From Anaeromyxobacteraceae bacterium (GTDB lineage Bacteria; Myxococcota; Myxococcia; Myxococcales; Anaeromyxobacteraceae), in contig JASGHJ010000001.1 in NCBI GenBank assembly GCA_047602405.1, positions 2,304,001 to 2,368,000 of the forward strand: a DNA stretch of 64,000 nt. The letters are read 5' to 3'. Position 1 is the stretch's first letter. Every line of letters begins with the position of its first letter. Positions 21,529 to 31,231 of this stretch are shown piece by piece. The notes beneath the pieces were generated by a model, which did not search any database, was not told the origin of the DNA, and saw only the letters and a list, made by a program, of their open reading frames with translations. Both the position numbers and the translations under genes were made by a program.

Positions 21529-21798
21529 ATGGCCACCGTACGCACGACGATGACGTCCCGAGGGCGGGTCTCCATCCCGGCCGAGGTGCAGCGCTGGCTC
21601 CGCGTCGGACCGGGCTCGGAGCTTCGCTGGGAACCCAGGGACGACGGCGTGCTGGTGAGCCGGGTAGGCCGGTACTCGTTCGAGGACCTGCATGCGGCGC
21701 TCTTTCCGCACGGAGCCGGCCGCCCGCGGAGCCTGAGGGCGTTGAAGGCGGGCGTCGCGGCGGCAGTGAAGAAGCGGCACGGGCGCAGCCGAGGTTGA
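21529..21798 (+). CDS. AbrB/MazE/SpoVT-family DNA-binding protein (antitoxin-like, no adjacent toxin)
   Basis: TTMTSRGRVSIPAEVQRWLRVGPGSELRW motif; SD-like aggtg upstream. Confidence 0.8.
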   Translation: MATVRTTMTSRGRVSIPAEVQRWLRVGPGSELRWEPRDDGVLVSRVGRYSFEDLHAALFPHGAGRPRSLRALKAGVAAAVKKRHGRSRG

Positions 21799-21935
21799 TG
21801 CACCCGGGAGGGCCACCCGCGCGGATGGGAGCTCCCGTGCGCAGACGTCTGCGTCGAGGCGCAGCGCACGTCGGCGTTGCGGGCTCCTCGATTCGGCTCG
21901 CGTCGAACGTCGAGGACCGGCCGCCATCTCCGGAG

Positions 21936-23400
21936 CTCAAGATCCCACACAAGTTGCGCCGTGGTTCCCGGCGTGATCCAAGCGTGGGATGGCACGTTCA
22001 GTCCCTGACGTCGCGGAGGAGTTCGCCGGCGCGGCCCTGGGCGACGCGAGGCTCACTCGGCGCCTTCTGAGATTCGCGAGCTGCCTGGCCGTCGCGCCGG
22101 CCGAGAGCTTTCCGAAGGCAGCCAGCTCGGACGGAGAGCTCGAGGGCGTCTACCGGTTCCTCGGCAACAGCCGAGTGACACCCAAGGCCATCCTCATGCC
22201 GCACCTCGAGAGGACGGTCGAGCGGATCGGCGGGAGGTCACCGCTCGTCGTGGAGGACACGACGGAGCTGGGCTTCGGTGGCTTGAGCCTGCGCGAGGGC
22301 CTGGGACGCATCCGCAAGACCGGCGAGAAGCAGGGGTTCTTCGCGCACGTCGCGATGGCGGTCGCGGCCGACGGCTCCCGGGAACCGCAGGGGATCGTGG
22401 GCCTGCACACCTTTGTGCGCGGGCCCAAGAAGACATACGCGGGGCGCCGGAAGACCAAGACTCGCCACGAGCGGTCACGTTGGGCCGAGCTCGCGCTCGA
22501 GGTCGAGGCGCGCCTGCCGCATCCCATCCACGTCATGGATCGCGAGGCGGACTCCTACGAGACCATCGACACGCTCGCCCAGGCGGGCGCCCGGTTCGTG
22601 ATCCGGATCTGCCACGACAGGCTTCTCACCGACGCAGACGAGAAGCTCTTCGCGGCAGCCGACCGCGGGGAGGTGTTCGCTCTACGCACAGTGCCCCTTT
22701 CCCGACGTCGCAGGCTCACCACCGCAGCGCAGCGAAAGATCTACCCGCCGCGGGACGAGCGCGCTGCGCAGCTACGCATCCGAGCGGCCCCCGTGGAAAT
22801 CAGGCGGCCCAAGCTGTCGCGCCTCGCTTCGCACAGCGCCAGCCTTCGCGTGAACGTCGTGACGGTCGAGGAGTGCGATGTGCCGAAGGGCGTCGAGCCG
22901 GTCTCCTGGCGGCTCTTCACGACGGAGCCTATCGACACGACCGAGCAGGTCGAGGCCGTCGTCGATCACTACCGGGCCCGCTGGACCATCGAGGAGTACT
23001 TCAAGGCGCTCAAGACCGGCTGCGCGGTCGAGCGACGGCAGCTCGAGTCCTACCGGAGCCTCGTGAACGCGCTCGCGGTCTTCGCCGTCATTGCCTGGCG
23101 GATCCTGCTGCTTCGTACCGTCGCGCGGGTGCGCCCTGAAGCGCCCGCGACCGACGTGCTGGACGAGCAGCAGGTGACCGTGCTCCGAGGCGTGGCGAAG
23201 CTCGCCGATCCGCGCTTGCCGAAGCTCGACATCCCAACGAGGCCGACGGCCCACGACGCTCTGAAGGCCGTTGCGCAGCTCGGCGGTCACATCCCCAACA
23301 ACGGACCACCAGGCTGGCAGGTCCTCAACAAAGGATACGAATCACTGCTGCTCCTCCAATACGGCTGGCGAGCCGGGCGGGAAATGTGATCGATGATGAG
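21936..23400 (+). mobile_element. IS4-family (IS50/Tn5-like) insertion sequence, 1465 bp
   Basis: Direct repeat ctccggag at 21928-21935 and 23401-23408; imperfect terminal IRs ctcaagatcccacaca vs ctcatcatcgatcaca (11/16 match); encloses a transposase. Confidence 0.88.
21989..23389 (+). CDS. IS4-family transposase
   Basis: LGDARLTRRL, VEDTTEL, VMDREAD, YRARWTIEEYFKALKTG (YREK motif), VAQLGG...PPGW. Confidence 0.95.
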   Translation: MARSVPDVAEEFAGAALGDARLTRRLLRFASCLAVAPAESFPKAASSDGELEGVYRFLGNSRVTPKAILMPHLERTVERIGGRSPLVVEDTTELGFGGLSLREGLGRIRKTGEKQGFFAHVAMAVAADGSREPQGIVGLHTFVRGPKKTYAGRRKTKTRHERSRWAELALEVEARLPHPIHVMDREADSYETIDTLAQAGARFVIRICHDRLLTDADEKLFAAADRGEVFALRTVPLSRRRRLTTAAQRKIYPPRDERAAQLRIRAAPVEIRRPKLSRLASHSASLRVNVVTVEECDVPKGVEPVSWRLFTTEPIDTTEQVEAVVDHYRARWTIEEYFKALKTGCAVERRQLESYRSLVNALAVFAVIAWRILLLRTVARVRPEAPATDVLDEQQVTVLRGVAKLADPRLPKLDIPTRPTAHDALKAVAQLGGHIPNNGPPGWQVLNKGYESLLLLQYGWRAGREM

Positions 23401-23610
23401 CTCCGGAGACGGCTCTCCCGGGTGCCGTCACAACGTCCGGACGTTGTGACCCGCGGTGTGAGGGTGTCTGCTGCGCCGCTGGCAGCCCTGGCGGACCGGC
23501 TCGCTGCAAACCTGCCGTCCGGGAAGGTTCCAGGGTTCACGCACGGTTGCGTCCCATCTCGCACGCGCGCACCATCGCTCGCGGTGAAGCTCCTGCCCCG
23601 GGGAACCGCG

Positions 23611-24816
23611 ATGACCCGCACCACGCTCGCGCTGCTCTTGTCGCTCCTCGCCTTGTCCGCCTGCGACGACTGGATCACCGTGCCCTCGCCGAGGAACGGC
23701 GCCACTCACGTCCCGCTCGACGCGGAGGTCGTGGTCCCGCTCCCCGGCGACTTCGAGCCCGCAAGCCTCGCCACGATGCAGGTCTCGTTCACCTGCCGCG
23801 ACGCCTACGGAGCGTTCGAGGTCGGCTTCACGGCGACCCACGACGCCGCGGGGAGGCGGCTCGTGCTCCGGCCCACGAGCGTCCTGAAGCGGGGGCTCGT
23901 GCACGACGTCCGCGTGTCCGGCCTCGTCGCCGGCGGCGAGCCGTTCACGTACCGGGTGTCGTTCACGACCCTGCGCAACCCGCAGGTACTCTACGAGAAC
24001 CAGTGGTTCGGGGCAGGTCTCCAGCGGAGGGAGCGCGAGGTCGACGAGGAGGGCCGGGCCTTCAAGGTGACCTCCTGGTACTCCTACGACCTGGACGGGT
24101 ACATGTGGGTCGAGGACATCTCGTGGGACGCTGCAGGCCGTGTCGCGCGGACGTTTGCGCACGGTGACGGGTACTCGCAGCGCCAGATCACCTCCTACGA
24201 CGCCGACGGCTTCCCGACGGAATGCGTGACCTTCTGCGGGAACTGGGAGACGTCGTGCGGGCCGGGCGGGGTCTACGAGCGTACACGCTGGACGCGGGAC
24301 GCCCAGGGCCGCATCGACGCGGCCCTGCGCGTGATGGCGGGGCCTGACGGGGCGATGGACACGCCCGACGACGCCTGGATGACGGGGAGCAGCCTCCAGG
24401 ACTACTACGACGACTCCTCGATCGGGCAGACGTTCTACGGCTACGCTGAGGACGGCACGCTCGTGCGTGTGACCCAGGTGATCAACCCGGGGCCGGACGG
24501 CGCCTTCCTGACCGAGGACGACGTGAGCGTCGCCGTATTCTACGAGGACGGCGTCCAGAGGATGGTCGTCCCGGGCGCGGACGGCCACTACGGCACCACG
24601 GATGACTGGGTGCTCTGGCGCGAGACGATAACGTTCAACCCCGACGGCACCGTCGCGAGCGAGACCAGCGACCCGCCGAGCCACATCACCTTCACCTACG
24701 ACGGCCACGGCGCCCGGGTGGAGGCGGTGAACCGGTGGTCGGCGGGACCCGACGGCATCTGGGACACGAACGACGACGAGATCGCGGAGCGCTGGACGTA
24801 CCTGACGGATCGGTGA
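23611..24816 (+). CDS. Lipoprotein with Ig-like domain and YD-like/GPDG..T.DD repeats
   Basis: LSAC lipobox; Big_5-like N-terminus (PSPRNGATHVPLDAEVVV...YRVSFTT); YD.DG-like strands; four GxDG...TxDD motifs. Confidence 0.8.
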   Translation: MTRTTLALLLSLLALSACDDWITVPSPRNGATHVPLDAEVVVPLPGDFEPASLATMQVSFTCRDAYGAFEVGFTATHDAAGRRLVLRPTSVLKRGLVHDVRVSGLVAGGEPFTYRVSFTTLRNPQVLYENQWFGAGLQRREREVDEEGRAFKVTSWYSYDLDGYMWVEDISWDAAGRVARTFAHGDGYSQRQITSYDADGFPTECVTFCGNWETSCGPGGVYERTRWTRDAQGRIDAALRVMAGPDGAMDTPDDAWMTGSSLQDYYDDSSIGQTFYGYAEDGTLVRVTQVINPGPDGAFLTEDDVSVAVFYEDGVQRMVVPGADGHYGTTDDWVLWRETITFNPDGTVASETSDPPSHITFTYDGHGARVEAVNRWSAGPDGIWDTNDDEIAERWTYLTDR

Positions 24817-24961
24817 GGCGCGGCCCATCAGCGTACACCGACTCCCATGGTCCGTCGCCGGGGTCTACTGATCGCGATCGCGCTGACGATAGGTCTGCGA
24901 CGCGGTGGTGGTGCGGCGCGTCGGGCTACAATCGAGGTGCTGGCCAACGTTCGGAGGGGAC

Positions 24962-25474
24962 ATGCGCCGCAGGATCGTGCTCGCGTCGGTCGTGGCGCTC
25001 GTGGTCGGATCGGGGTGTCGAAAAGAGGCGCTGGACCGCGTGGAGCGCAGCGGCGAGCCCGACTTCATGCTCGCGCGCAGCCACGACGTCGACATGGAGG
25101 CCGCCATGCGCCGGGCGCGCGAGACGCTCTCCGAGCTCTCGAGCGCCCTTGCGGACGGCAGGCATCCGAGGTCGGACTTCGCGATCAAGAAGGCCTTCTC
25201 CGACGGGAAGCGTCAGGAGTACATCTGGCTCATCGACCCGGTCGAAGCCAGCGACGGCTTCCACGCCACCGTCGACAACGCGCCGGTGTGGGTCAAGGAC
25301 GTGAAGGCGGGGACCCGGATGCTCGTGCGGCGAGAGGACGTCGCCGACTGGATGTTCGTGGAGGACGGCGTGCTCCACGGCGGCTTCACCATCCGCGTGC
25401 TCTTCCGCCGGGAGACGCCCGAGCGGAAGCTCGAGCTGGAGCGGACGTTCGGCTTCAAGGTGCCTCCGCCCTGA
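24962..25474 (+). CDS. DUF2314/YegJ-family lipoprotein
   Basis: GSGC lipobox; DVDMEAAMRRARETL, EYIWL, DVADWM...GGFTIRV. Confidence 0.85.
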   Translation: MRRRIVLASVVALVVGSGCRKEALDRVERSGEPDFMLARSHDVDMEAAMRRARETLSELSSALADGRHPRSDFAIKKAFSDGKRQEYIWLIDPVEASDGFHATVDNAPVWVKDVKAGTRMLVRREDVADWMFVEDGVLHGGFTIRVLFRRETPERKLELERTFGFKVPPP

Positions 25475-25512
25475 TCTCCGGGCGTGGGCGCGAAGCCACG
25501 TCGGCCCGAAAC

Positions 25513-25605
25513 GCCGAAGGGGCCTGCCTCGTGGGCGGGCCCCTCCGGTGTCGTCCACCCGTTTCGTGGACAAGAGGCAGGCTCGGCGAGCCTCGCTCGC
25601 CGAGC
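25513..25605. terminator. Pair of hairpins between convergent genes
   Basis: Imperfect GC stem at 25513-25549 and perfect 11-bp stem gctcggcgagc-ctc-gctcgccgagc at 25581-25605. Confidence 0.6.
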
Positions 25606-25607
25606 GC

Positions 25608-28600
25608 TTACTGGAAGAAGTACCTCAGCGTCAGGTGCGTCACCCACTTCGAGCCGTTCGCGAGCGCGGACGTCTCGTAGCCGCCGATGTTGTACGGGTG
25701 GCCCCAGTGGAGCCGGAGGATCAGCGGGCCGAACAGCATGTTGAAGCCGAGCACGCCGGTCAGGGTGCGGGCGTCCCAGGCGCCGCGCTCGATGATCTGG
25801 CCGTTCGTCGGGCCGCCGGAGGTGTCGACGATGCTGCCGTCGAACCGGTCGAACACGCCGCCGAAGTCGAGCGCGGCGACGCCCTCCACGTAGTCGAAGA
25901 TGAAGAACCGGATGAGCGGGTCGAGCGGGATCTGCAGCTCGGCGTTCGCGACGTAGTAGTTCCGGCCGATGAGGTTGCCGTACTCGCCGGGGTAGAAGCC
26001 GCGGAGGTTGTCGGCGGCGGTCAGCCAGTAGTTGCGCTCCCACACGCGGTCGGCGCCGCCGGGCGAGAACGAGGTGCCGGCGGCCGCGCGGAGCATGAAG
26101 TTCGCGCGGGTGCCGAGCTGGAAGTAGCGCTCGAGGTCGGTGCGGGCGAAGCCGGTGATGGCGCTGCGGCCGGGCAGGTACGCCGCGCCGATCTCGAGGG
26201 TCGCCGACGAGCCCGAGACCGGGCCGGTGGCCGGGTCGTAGCGGGTGGTGTCGTAGCCGAACCGGACGACCGGCGAGAGCTGCATGTTCGTGCCGGCGTT
26301 CCGGTCCTTCCAGCCCTGCTCGGTGTTGTAGGGCGGGCGCGCGAGCCCGGAGGCGTTGCACGGCAGTGTGAGCTCGGCCGAGTTGAAGTCGGTGAGGCAG
26401 TAGCGCTGCACGCCGCTCGCGGTGAGCTCGAGCTCGACGCGCCGGAAGCGATCGAGCGGGTAGCGGATCGCCCCGACGAGGCCGAAGTCGCGCTGGTAGT
26501 AGACGAGGTTCGGGTCGAGCGAGTCGAGGTTCTGCTGCACGAAGTGGAACCCACCGAGCACGAGGCCGTAGCGGTGCGAGCGGTTCTCGTACAGGAAGAG
26601 GCCCTGCGTGTAGTCGAAGGAGCCGTACACCGCGAGGTCGACGTAGAGCTGGTTGTCGCGCAAGAGGTCGCTGAACAGCACCGCCGCGCGCCCGGCCACC
26701 GTGTTGCCGGCGCCGCCGCCGAAGACGTAGCCGCCCTCGGGCCGCCAGTTCTTCATCGCGAACGCCTGGTAGTCCTTCGGCTGCTCGGGCCACTCGGCGC
26801 GCGGGATCTCGAGCGGCGGGCCGGCCGCGGGGCCGACCGCGACGGGCTGGGACTCCTGCCAGGCGCTCTTCGGCACCTCCACGAGGCGGAAGCGGCCCGA
26901 GTTGAAGGTCGTCGCGAAGATGCCGCGCGCCTTCGGGGCGGGGGCCGGACTCGAGAGGCCGGTCGTGAAGTCGGTGACCCGGCGGATCTGCGCGTCCTTG
27001 ATCAGGTAGAGGTCGACCTTGCCGTCGGAGTCGGACGCGTACAGCACCGAGCCGTCGGCCTGCGCGTAGGGGTGCCGGTCGTTGTGCGGGGCGGTGGTGA
27101 GCCGCACCTTCTCACCGGTGCCCGCGTCGATGCGGAAGAGGTTGAGGAGGCCGTGGTCGGTCGCGTCGGAGGCGACGTAGATGCCGTCCGGGCCCCAGTG
27201 CAGGTCGCGCTCGACGTAGGGGTCGTTCGTGAGCCGGCGCGCCTCGCCGCCCTCGATGCTCGCCACCCAGACGTCGGACTGCGCGTCGCCGGCCACGAGC
27301 GCCGAGAACGCGATGTGGCTGCCGTCGGCCGAGAAGGCGGGGTCGGCGATCTGGATGAACTTGCGGTTGCCGGAGGCGGTGATCGCGAGCTTGCGGGTCT
27401 TGCCGAGGTCGATGGAGGGCGGCTTCCCCTCCTTGGCGTTCACGCGGTACCTGCGGACGTAGAGGCTGTCGCCCTGGCCGTCCTGCGCGGAGAACGCGAG
27501 GATGCCCGGGCCCACGGTGCCGACCGCGAACTCGATGGGGTGGAGCGACTCGGTGCCGGGCTTCGAGTCGGAGGCGACCTCCTGCGCCGAGCGCGGGTTG
27601 CGCACGTCGAACAGGTAGAGCCGCGCGCGCCCCTTCTCGCGGTCGATGCCGCGCATGAGGATGAGCTGCCCGTCGGCGGAGGCGGTGAAGTCCTCCGGCT
27701 CCGCCGGCAGGTTCCGCAGCTCCTTCATCTGCGAGAGATCCTGCTTCGTCTTCAGGTACTGCGAGTAGTAGCGGCGCTTCAGCCAGGTCTTCCAGCGGGC
27801 CTCGACCTGCTCGAGCGGCTCGTCGAGCACGCGGCGCACGAGCGCGCCGAAGCTGCGGCCGCCCGGAGGCGCGCCGGCGCCGTCGCCGAGCAGGTACGCG
27901 TTCTCGATGAGGCCCTGGATCTTGTCGCGGCCGTACTCCTCGGCGATGAAGGCGACCCGCGCCTGGCCGAGCTTGTAGGTGGGGATGTACCCGCGGGCGC
28001 GATCCTCGGCGAAGGGGATCATTATGTACCCCTCGCTCGGATCCGGGTTCCAGACGAGGTCGCGCAGGTAGCCCTCGGTCTCGGTGTCGAGCCCGCCCTT
28101 CGTGTAGTACTCGGCGATGCCCTCGGTGAACCAGAGCGGCAGGACGTTCGCGAGCGAGCCGAGGTCCTCGGCCTCCGACGCGTCGTTCAGCTTCTGGATC
28201 ATGAACTGGTGCACCATCTCGTGGGTCGAGACCTCGATGAACTTGGAGTGATCCCCGAAGTAGGGGACCAGCATCCGGAGGTCGGACTGGTTCGAGGTGA
28301 CGCCGAGGGTGGACTCGCCGATCTGGAAGATGTTGGTGGCCTGGAACTCGCGCTGGGTCGCGTAGAGGAAGTAGGGGATGCGCTTCGTCGGCTGGTAGGC
28401 GAACTGGTCGACGAGGCGCGCGTACGCGCTCTGGATCGCGGGGAGCGCGCGCTGGGCCTGGGCGAGCGCGCTCTTGTAGTAGTAGAGCCGGATGCCGCCG
28501 CGGCCGCCGCCGGGCGCCGGCACGTCGACGTACTCCCACTCGAAGTCGTACCAGGCGACCTTGTTCTGGCCGGGCCGCTCGGGGAGGACGTACGCCTGAC

Positions 28601-28754
28601 GGAAGCCCCGCTCCGCCTCGCGGCGCTCCGCCTCCTCGCGGAGCCGGTCCATCCTGCGCAAGGAGTCGCCGATCGAGGGAGAGGAGAGGTTGAGGCCCTG
28701 GGCCGAGCCAGCGACCGGCGCGAGCGCGAGGGCGAGGAGGGCCAGTTTTCTCAT
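25608..28754 (-). CDS. Omp85/BamA-superfamily protein with N-terminal MA-clan metallopeptidase-like and PD40/TolB-like propeller domains
   Basis: Signal peptide; HEMVH followed by WFTEGIAEY; DPAFSADG, HWGPDG and PYAQADG propeller blades; C-terminal barrel with NLRGF and ANAELQIPL. Confidence 0.85.
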   Translation of the reverse strand: MRKLALLALALAPVAGSAQGLNLSSPSIGDSLRRMDRLREEAERREAERGFRQAYVLPERPGQNKVAWYDFEWEYVDVPAPGGGRGGIRLYYYKSALAQAQRALPAIQSAYARLVDQFAYQPTKRIPYFLYATQREFQATNIFQIGESTLGVTSNQSDLRMLVPYFGDHSKFIEVSTHEMVHQFMIQKLNDASEAEDLGSLANVLPLWFTEGIAEYYTKGGLDTETEGYLRDLVWNPDPSEGYIMIPFAEDRARGYIPTYKLGQARVAFIAEEYGRDKIQGLIENAYLLGDGAGAPPGGRSFGALVRRVLDEPLEQVEARWKTWLKRRYYSQYLKTKQDLSQMKELRNLPAEPEDFTASADGQLILMRGIDREKGRARLYLFDVRNPRSAQEVASDSKPGTESLHPIEFAVGTVGPGILAFSAQDGQGDSLYVRRYRVNAKEGKPPSIDLGKTRKLAITASGNRKFIQIADPAFSADGSHIAFSALVAGDAQSDVWVASIEGGEARRLTNDPYVERDLHWGPDGIYVASDATDHGLLNLFRIDAGTGEKVRLTTAPHNDRHPYAQADGSVLYASDSDGKVDLYLIKDAQIRRVTDFTTGLSSPAPAPKARGIFATTFNSGRFRLVEVPKSAWQESQPVAVGPAAGPPLEIPRAEWPEQPKDYQAFAMKNWRPEGGYVFGGGAGNTVAGRAAVLFSDLLRDNQLYVDLAVYGSFDYTQGLFLYENRSHRYGLVLGGFHFVQQNLDSLDPNLVYYQRDFGLVGAIRYPLDRFRRVELELTASGVQRYCLTDFNSAELTLPCNASGLARPPYNTEQGWKDRNAGTNMQLSPVVRFGYDTTRYDPATGPVSGSSATLEIGAAYLPGRSAITGFARTDLERYFQLGTRANFMLRAAAGTSFSPGGADRVWERNYWLTAADNLRGFYPGEYGNLIGRNYYVANAELQIPLDPLIRFFIFDYVEGVAALDFGGVFDRFDGSIVDTSGGPTNGQIIERGAWDARTLTGVLGFNMLFGPLILRLHWGHPYNIGGYETSALANGSKWVTHLTLRYFFQ

Positions 28755-28855
28755 GCAGTGAGCGTACGTAGGGGACTCCAGGGGAGCGAGCAACCGAAAG
28801 GATACCCTGTGCAGCGGACGGTCCGTCGAGCGCAGCGAACGGCGCTCCGTGCCGG

Positions 28856-29320
28856 TCAGGGCTCCTCGCGGATCCCGTGACGCACACCGCCTACCTCGAG
28901 GACCCACCCCGTCCCTGCAGGGTCCTCCTCCAGTCTCAGCCCGAGGGCGATCTGCGCACCGCGGGAGAAGCGCGCACGCTCCCCCTCGCCGAGTTCACAC
29001 CTGAGGACCCCGTCACGGGCCACCGTGAGCGTGGCGAGGTCGAGCGGTTCCTCGCGCCCGCCCGCGAGCCGCACCGACGGACGCGCCCCGTCGAGGTCGA
29101 CGGCCTGCACGATCCAGGGCGTCTCGCCGACCGCGACGTACGCCTGCTCCCGCCCGATCGCGATCCGCCAGCGCCCCGCCGCGTCCCGCGCGAGCGACCC
29201 CCACAGGACGGAGAGCGTTCTCGCGTGGGTGATGGGCTCGCCGTGGTGGAGGAACCGCCCCTCCTCGTCGATGGCGAGCCCGCTGTGGGACCGGAGGAGC
29301 TCGAGGGCGGCCTCGTCCAT
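28856..29320 (-). CDS. DUF1285-like hypothetical protein
   Basis: LAIDEEGRFLHHGEPITH, YVAVGETPWIV, ARFSR pattern. Confidence 0.7.
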   Translation of the reverse strand: MDEAALELLRSHSGLAIDEEGRFLHHGEPITHARTLSVLWGSLARDAAGRWRIAIGREQAYVAVGETPWIVQAVDLDGARPSVRLAGGREEPLDLATLTVARDGVLRCELGEGERARFSRGAQIALGLRLEEDPAGTGWVLEVGGVRHGIREEP

Positions 29321-29334
29321 GGCTTGATCCTAAC

Positions 29335-29418
29335 CCGTTCATCCCGAGCGTACCTCGACTCCGGCCCCTGCTGACGCAGGGGCCTACGCTCGGTATGGGC
29401 GGACGAAGTCGAGGGACG
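29335..29418 (-). repeat. REP-like composite element, copy A
   Basis: Reverse complement closely matches 29899-29983; contains gagcgtaggcccctgc..gcaggggccggagtcga. Confidence 0.85.
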
Positions 29419-29457
29419 TTGCGCCCCCGCGGAGGGCAGGGTACGACCACCGCGCCG

Positions 29458-29898
29458 ATGATCCCCGCCCGACTTCCCGCCGTCCGCATCCGCTGTCCGC
29501 AGGAGCACGAGGCCCGCGTGTCGCGCGCGCTCGCCGCCGCGGGCTTCACCCCCGAGCGCTCGCTCACCTGGCTCGTGGTGCGCGACGCCGATCCCGACGC
29601 GGTGAACGAGGCGCTCGTCGCCGGCGGGGCCGTGCCGCGGGTCGCCGTGCGCGAGCGCATCGGCCAGCTCGTGGGCTGGGTCCTCGACCGCGAGGGGCAG
29701 ATGGACGGCCGTGCGGCGAACGTCGAGATGCTCGTGAAGAAGGTCCTCGACGACGCCGGGCTCGCGGCCGCGCTGAAGCCGCGCCCGGCCGACGCCCTCC
29801 TCGCCGCCGCCCGGGCGCTCCACGAGCACCTCATGGCGACCGGCGCCGGGTTCGTGTCCTGGACCCGGTTCGCCGAGGCGTTCTGCGAGGCCGTGTAG
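29458..29898 (+). CDS. Hypothetical protein
   Basis: ATG at 29458, high-GC3 coding pattern, 146 aa; no recognised motif. Confidence 0.7.
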   Translation: MIPARLPAVRIRCPQEHEARVSRALAAAGFTPERSLTWLVVRDADPDAVNEALVAGGAVPRVAVRERIGQLVGWVLDREGQMDGRAANVEMLVKKVLDDAGLAAALKPRPADALLAAARALHEHLMATGAGFVSWTRFAEAFCEAV

Positions 29899-29983
29899 CG
29901 TCCTTCGACTTCGGCCGCTCATGCTGAGCGTAGGCCCCTGCGTCAAGCAGGGGCCGGAGTCGAAGCACGCTCAGGATGAGCGG
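29899..29983 (+). repeat. REP-like composite element, copy B (inverted relative to copy A)
   Basis: cgtccttcgacttcggccgctcatgctgagcgtaggcccctgcgtcaagcaggggccggagtcgaagcacgctcaggatgagcgg. Confidence 0.85.
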
Positions 29984-31213
29984 CCGTGCTCGATCGCCCG
30001 GCGCAGCAGGTCCAGCGCCTCGTACGCCGCCGAGCGCTGCACGCGCGGGCGGTCGCCGCGGAACTGGCGAAGCGCGTGGGTGGTCCCGTCCGGCCCGGCG
30101 ACCGCGAGGTGCACCGTGCCGACCGGCTTCTCCGGCGTGCCGCCCGAGGGGCCGGCGATGCCGGTGACGCCGACGCCGTAGGTCGCGCCGCCGAGCCTTC
30201 GCACGCCCTCGGCGAGCGCGCGCGCGACCGGCTCGGACACGGCGCCGTGCGCGGCGAGCAGCGCGGCGGGGACGCCGACGACGCCCTCCTTCACGGCGTT
30301 CGCGTAGGCGACCACGCCGAGGTCGAGCACGTTCGAGGCGCCCGGGACCGCGGTGAGGAGCGAGGCGAGGAGCCCGCCGGTGCAGCTCTCGGCGAGCGCG
30401 ACCTTCTCGCCGCGCGCCTGGAGCCGCGCGACGACGAGCGCGGGCAGCTCGTCCTTCGCTTGGCCCCGAGATCCGGTCGCCGAAGGCGGCGCGCACCGCG
30501 GCCTCGATGCGGTCGGCGTGGGCGGCGGCGTCGGGGCCGGTCACGGTCCACTTCACGTGGACCTCCGGCCAGTGCGCGCGGTAGCCCCAGCGCACGCCGG
30601 CGTTCGCGGGGTCGTCCATGATCGGCCGCATCGCGTGGTCGGCGTGCGACTCCGGGACGCCGATGAGCTTCACGACGCGCGCGGCGGGGGCCGCGCCGAG
30701 GCGGGCGGCGACGCGCGGCAGCACCCACTCGTCGCACAGGCCCCTGTACTCGAGCGGCACGCCGGGCAGGCACACGAGCTCGCCCTTGCCCACGCGAACC
30801 GCGAAGCCGGGCGCGCTGCCGAAGCGGTTCGGGACGACCTCCGCACCGCGCGGGAAGTCGGCCTGCTTCAGGTTGTTGGGCGTGAGCGCGCGGCCGAACG
30901 AGCGGAAGCGCTCCTCGAGGGCGGTCACGGTCGGCGCGTGGCGCTCGAGCGGCACGCCGAGCACGCCCGCCACGACCTCGCTCGTGAGGTCGTCCTCGGT
31001 CGGGCCCATGCCGCCGGACAGCACGACGAGGTCGGCGCGCGCGGTGGTCTCGCGGATGGCGCGGTCGAGGTCGGCGCGGTCGTCGCCGACGAGGGTCTTC
31101 CGGCGCACCATCACGCCGAGGTCCCACAGCCGGTCCATCAGCCAGGGCGAGTTCGTGTCCACCACCTGCCCGGTGAGGAGCTCGTCGCCGGTCGCGAGCA
31201 GCTCGACGTCCAT
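29971..31213 (-). CDS. cinA: CinA (molybdopterin-binding-like + NMN deamidase PncC domains); apparent +1 frameshift at ~30465
   Basis: N-terminal GDELLTGQVVDTNS and SGGMGPTEDDLT; a second frame carries KDELPALVV...AESCTGG, GAVSEPVA and TGIAGPSGG...KPVGTV. Confidence 0.9.
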
Positions 31214-31231
31214 CGCGGTGATCTCCCGTGT

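Noticed and set aside
23611..24816. RHS toxin with DUF2314 as immunity protein
   Set aside because: No RHS core (PxxxxDPxG) or toxin tip, too short, and it is a lipoprotein.
29971..31213. cinA and other frameshifted genes as true pseudogenes or programmed frameshifts
   Set aside because: Single-base indels with otherwise intact motifs, no slippery sequences, and a shared GATC context in most cases; sequencing error is more likely.
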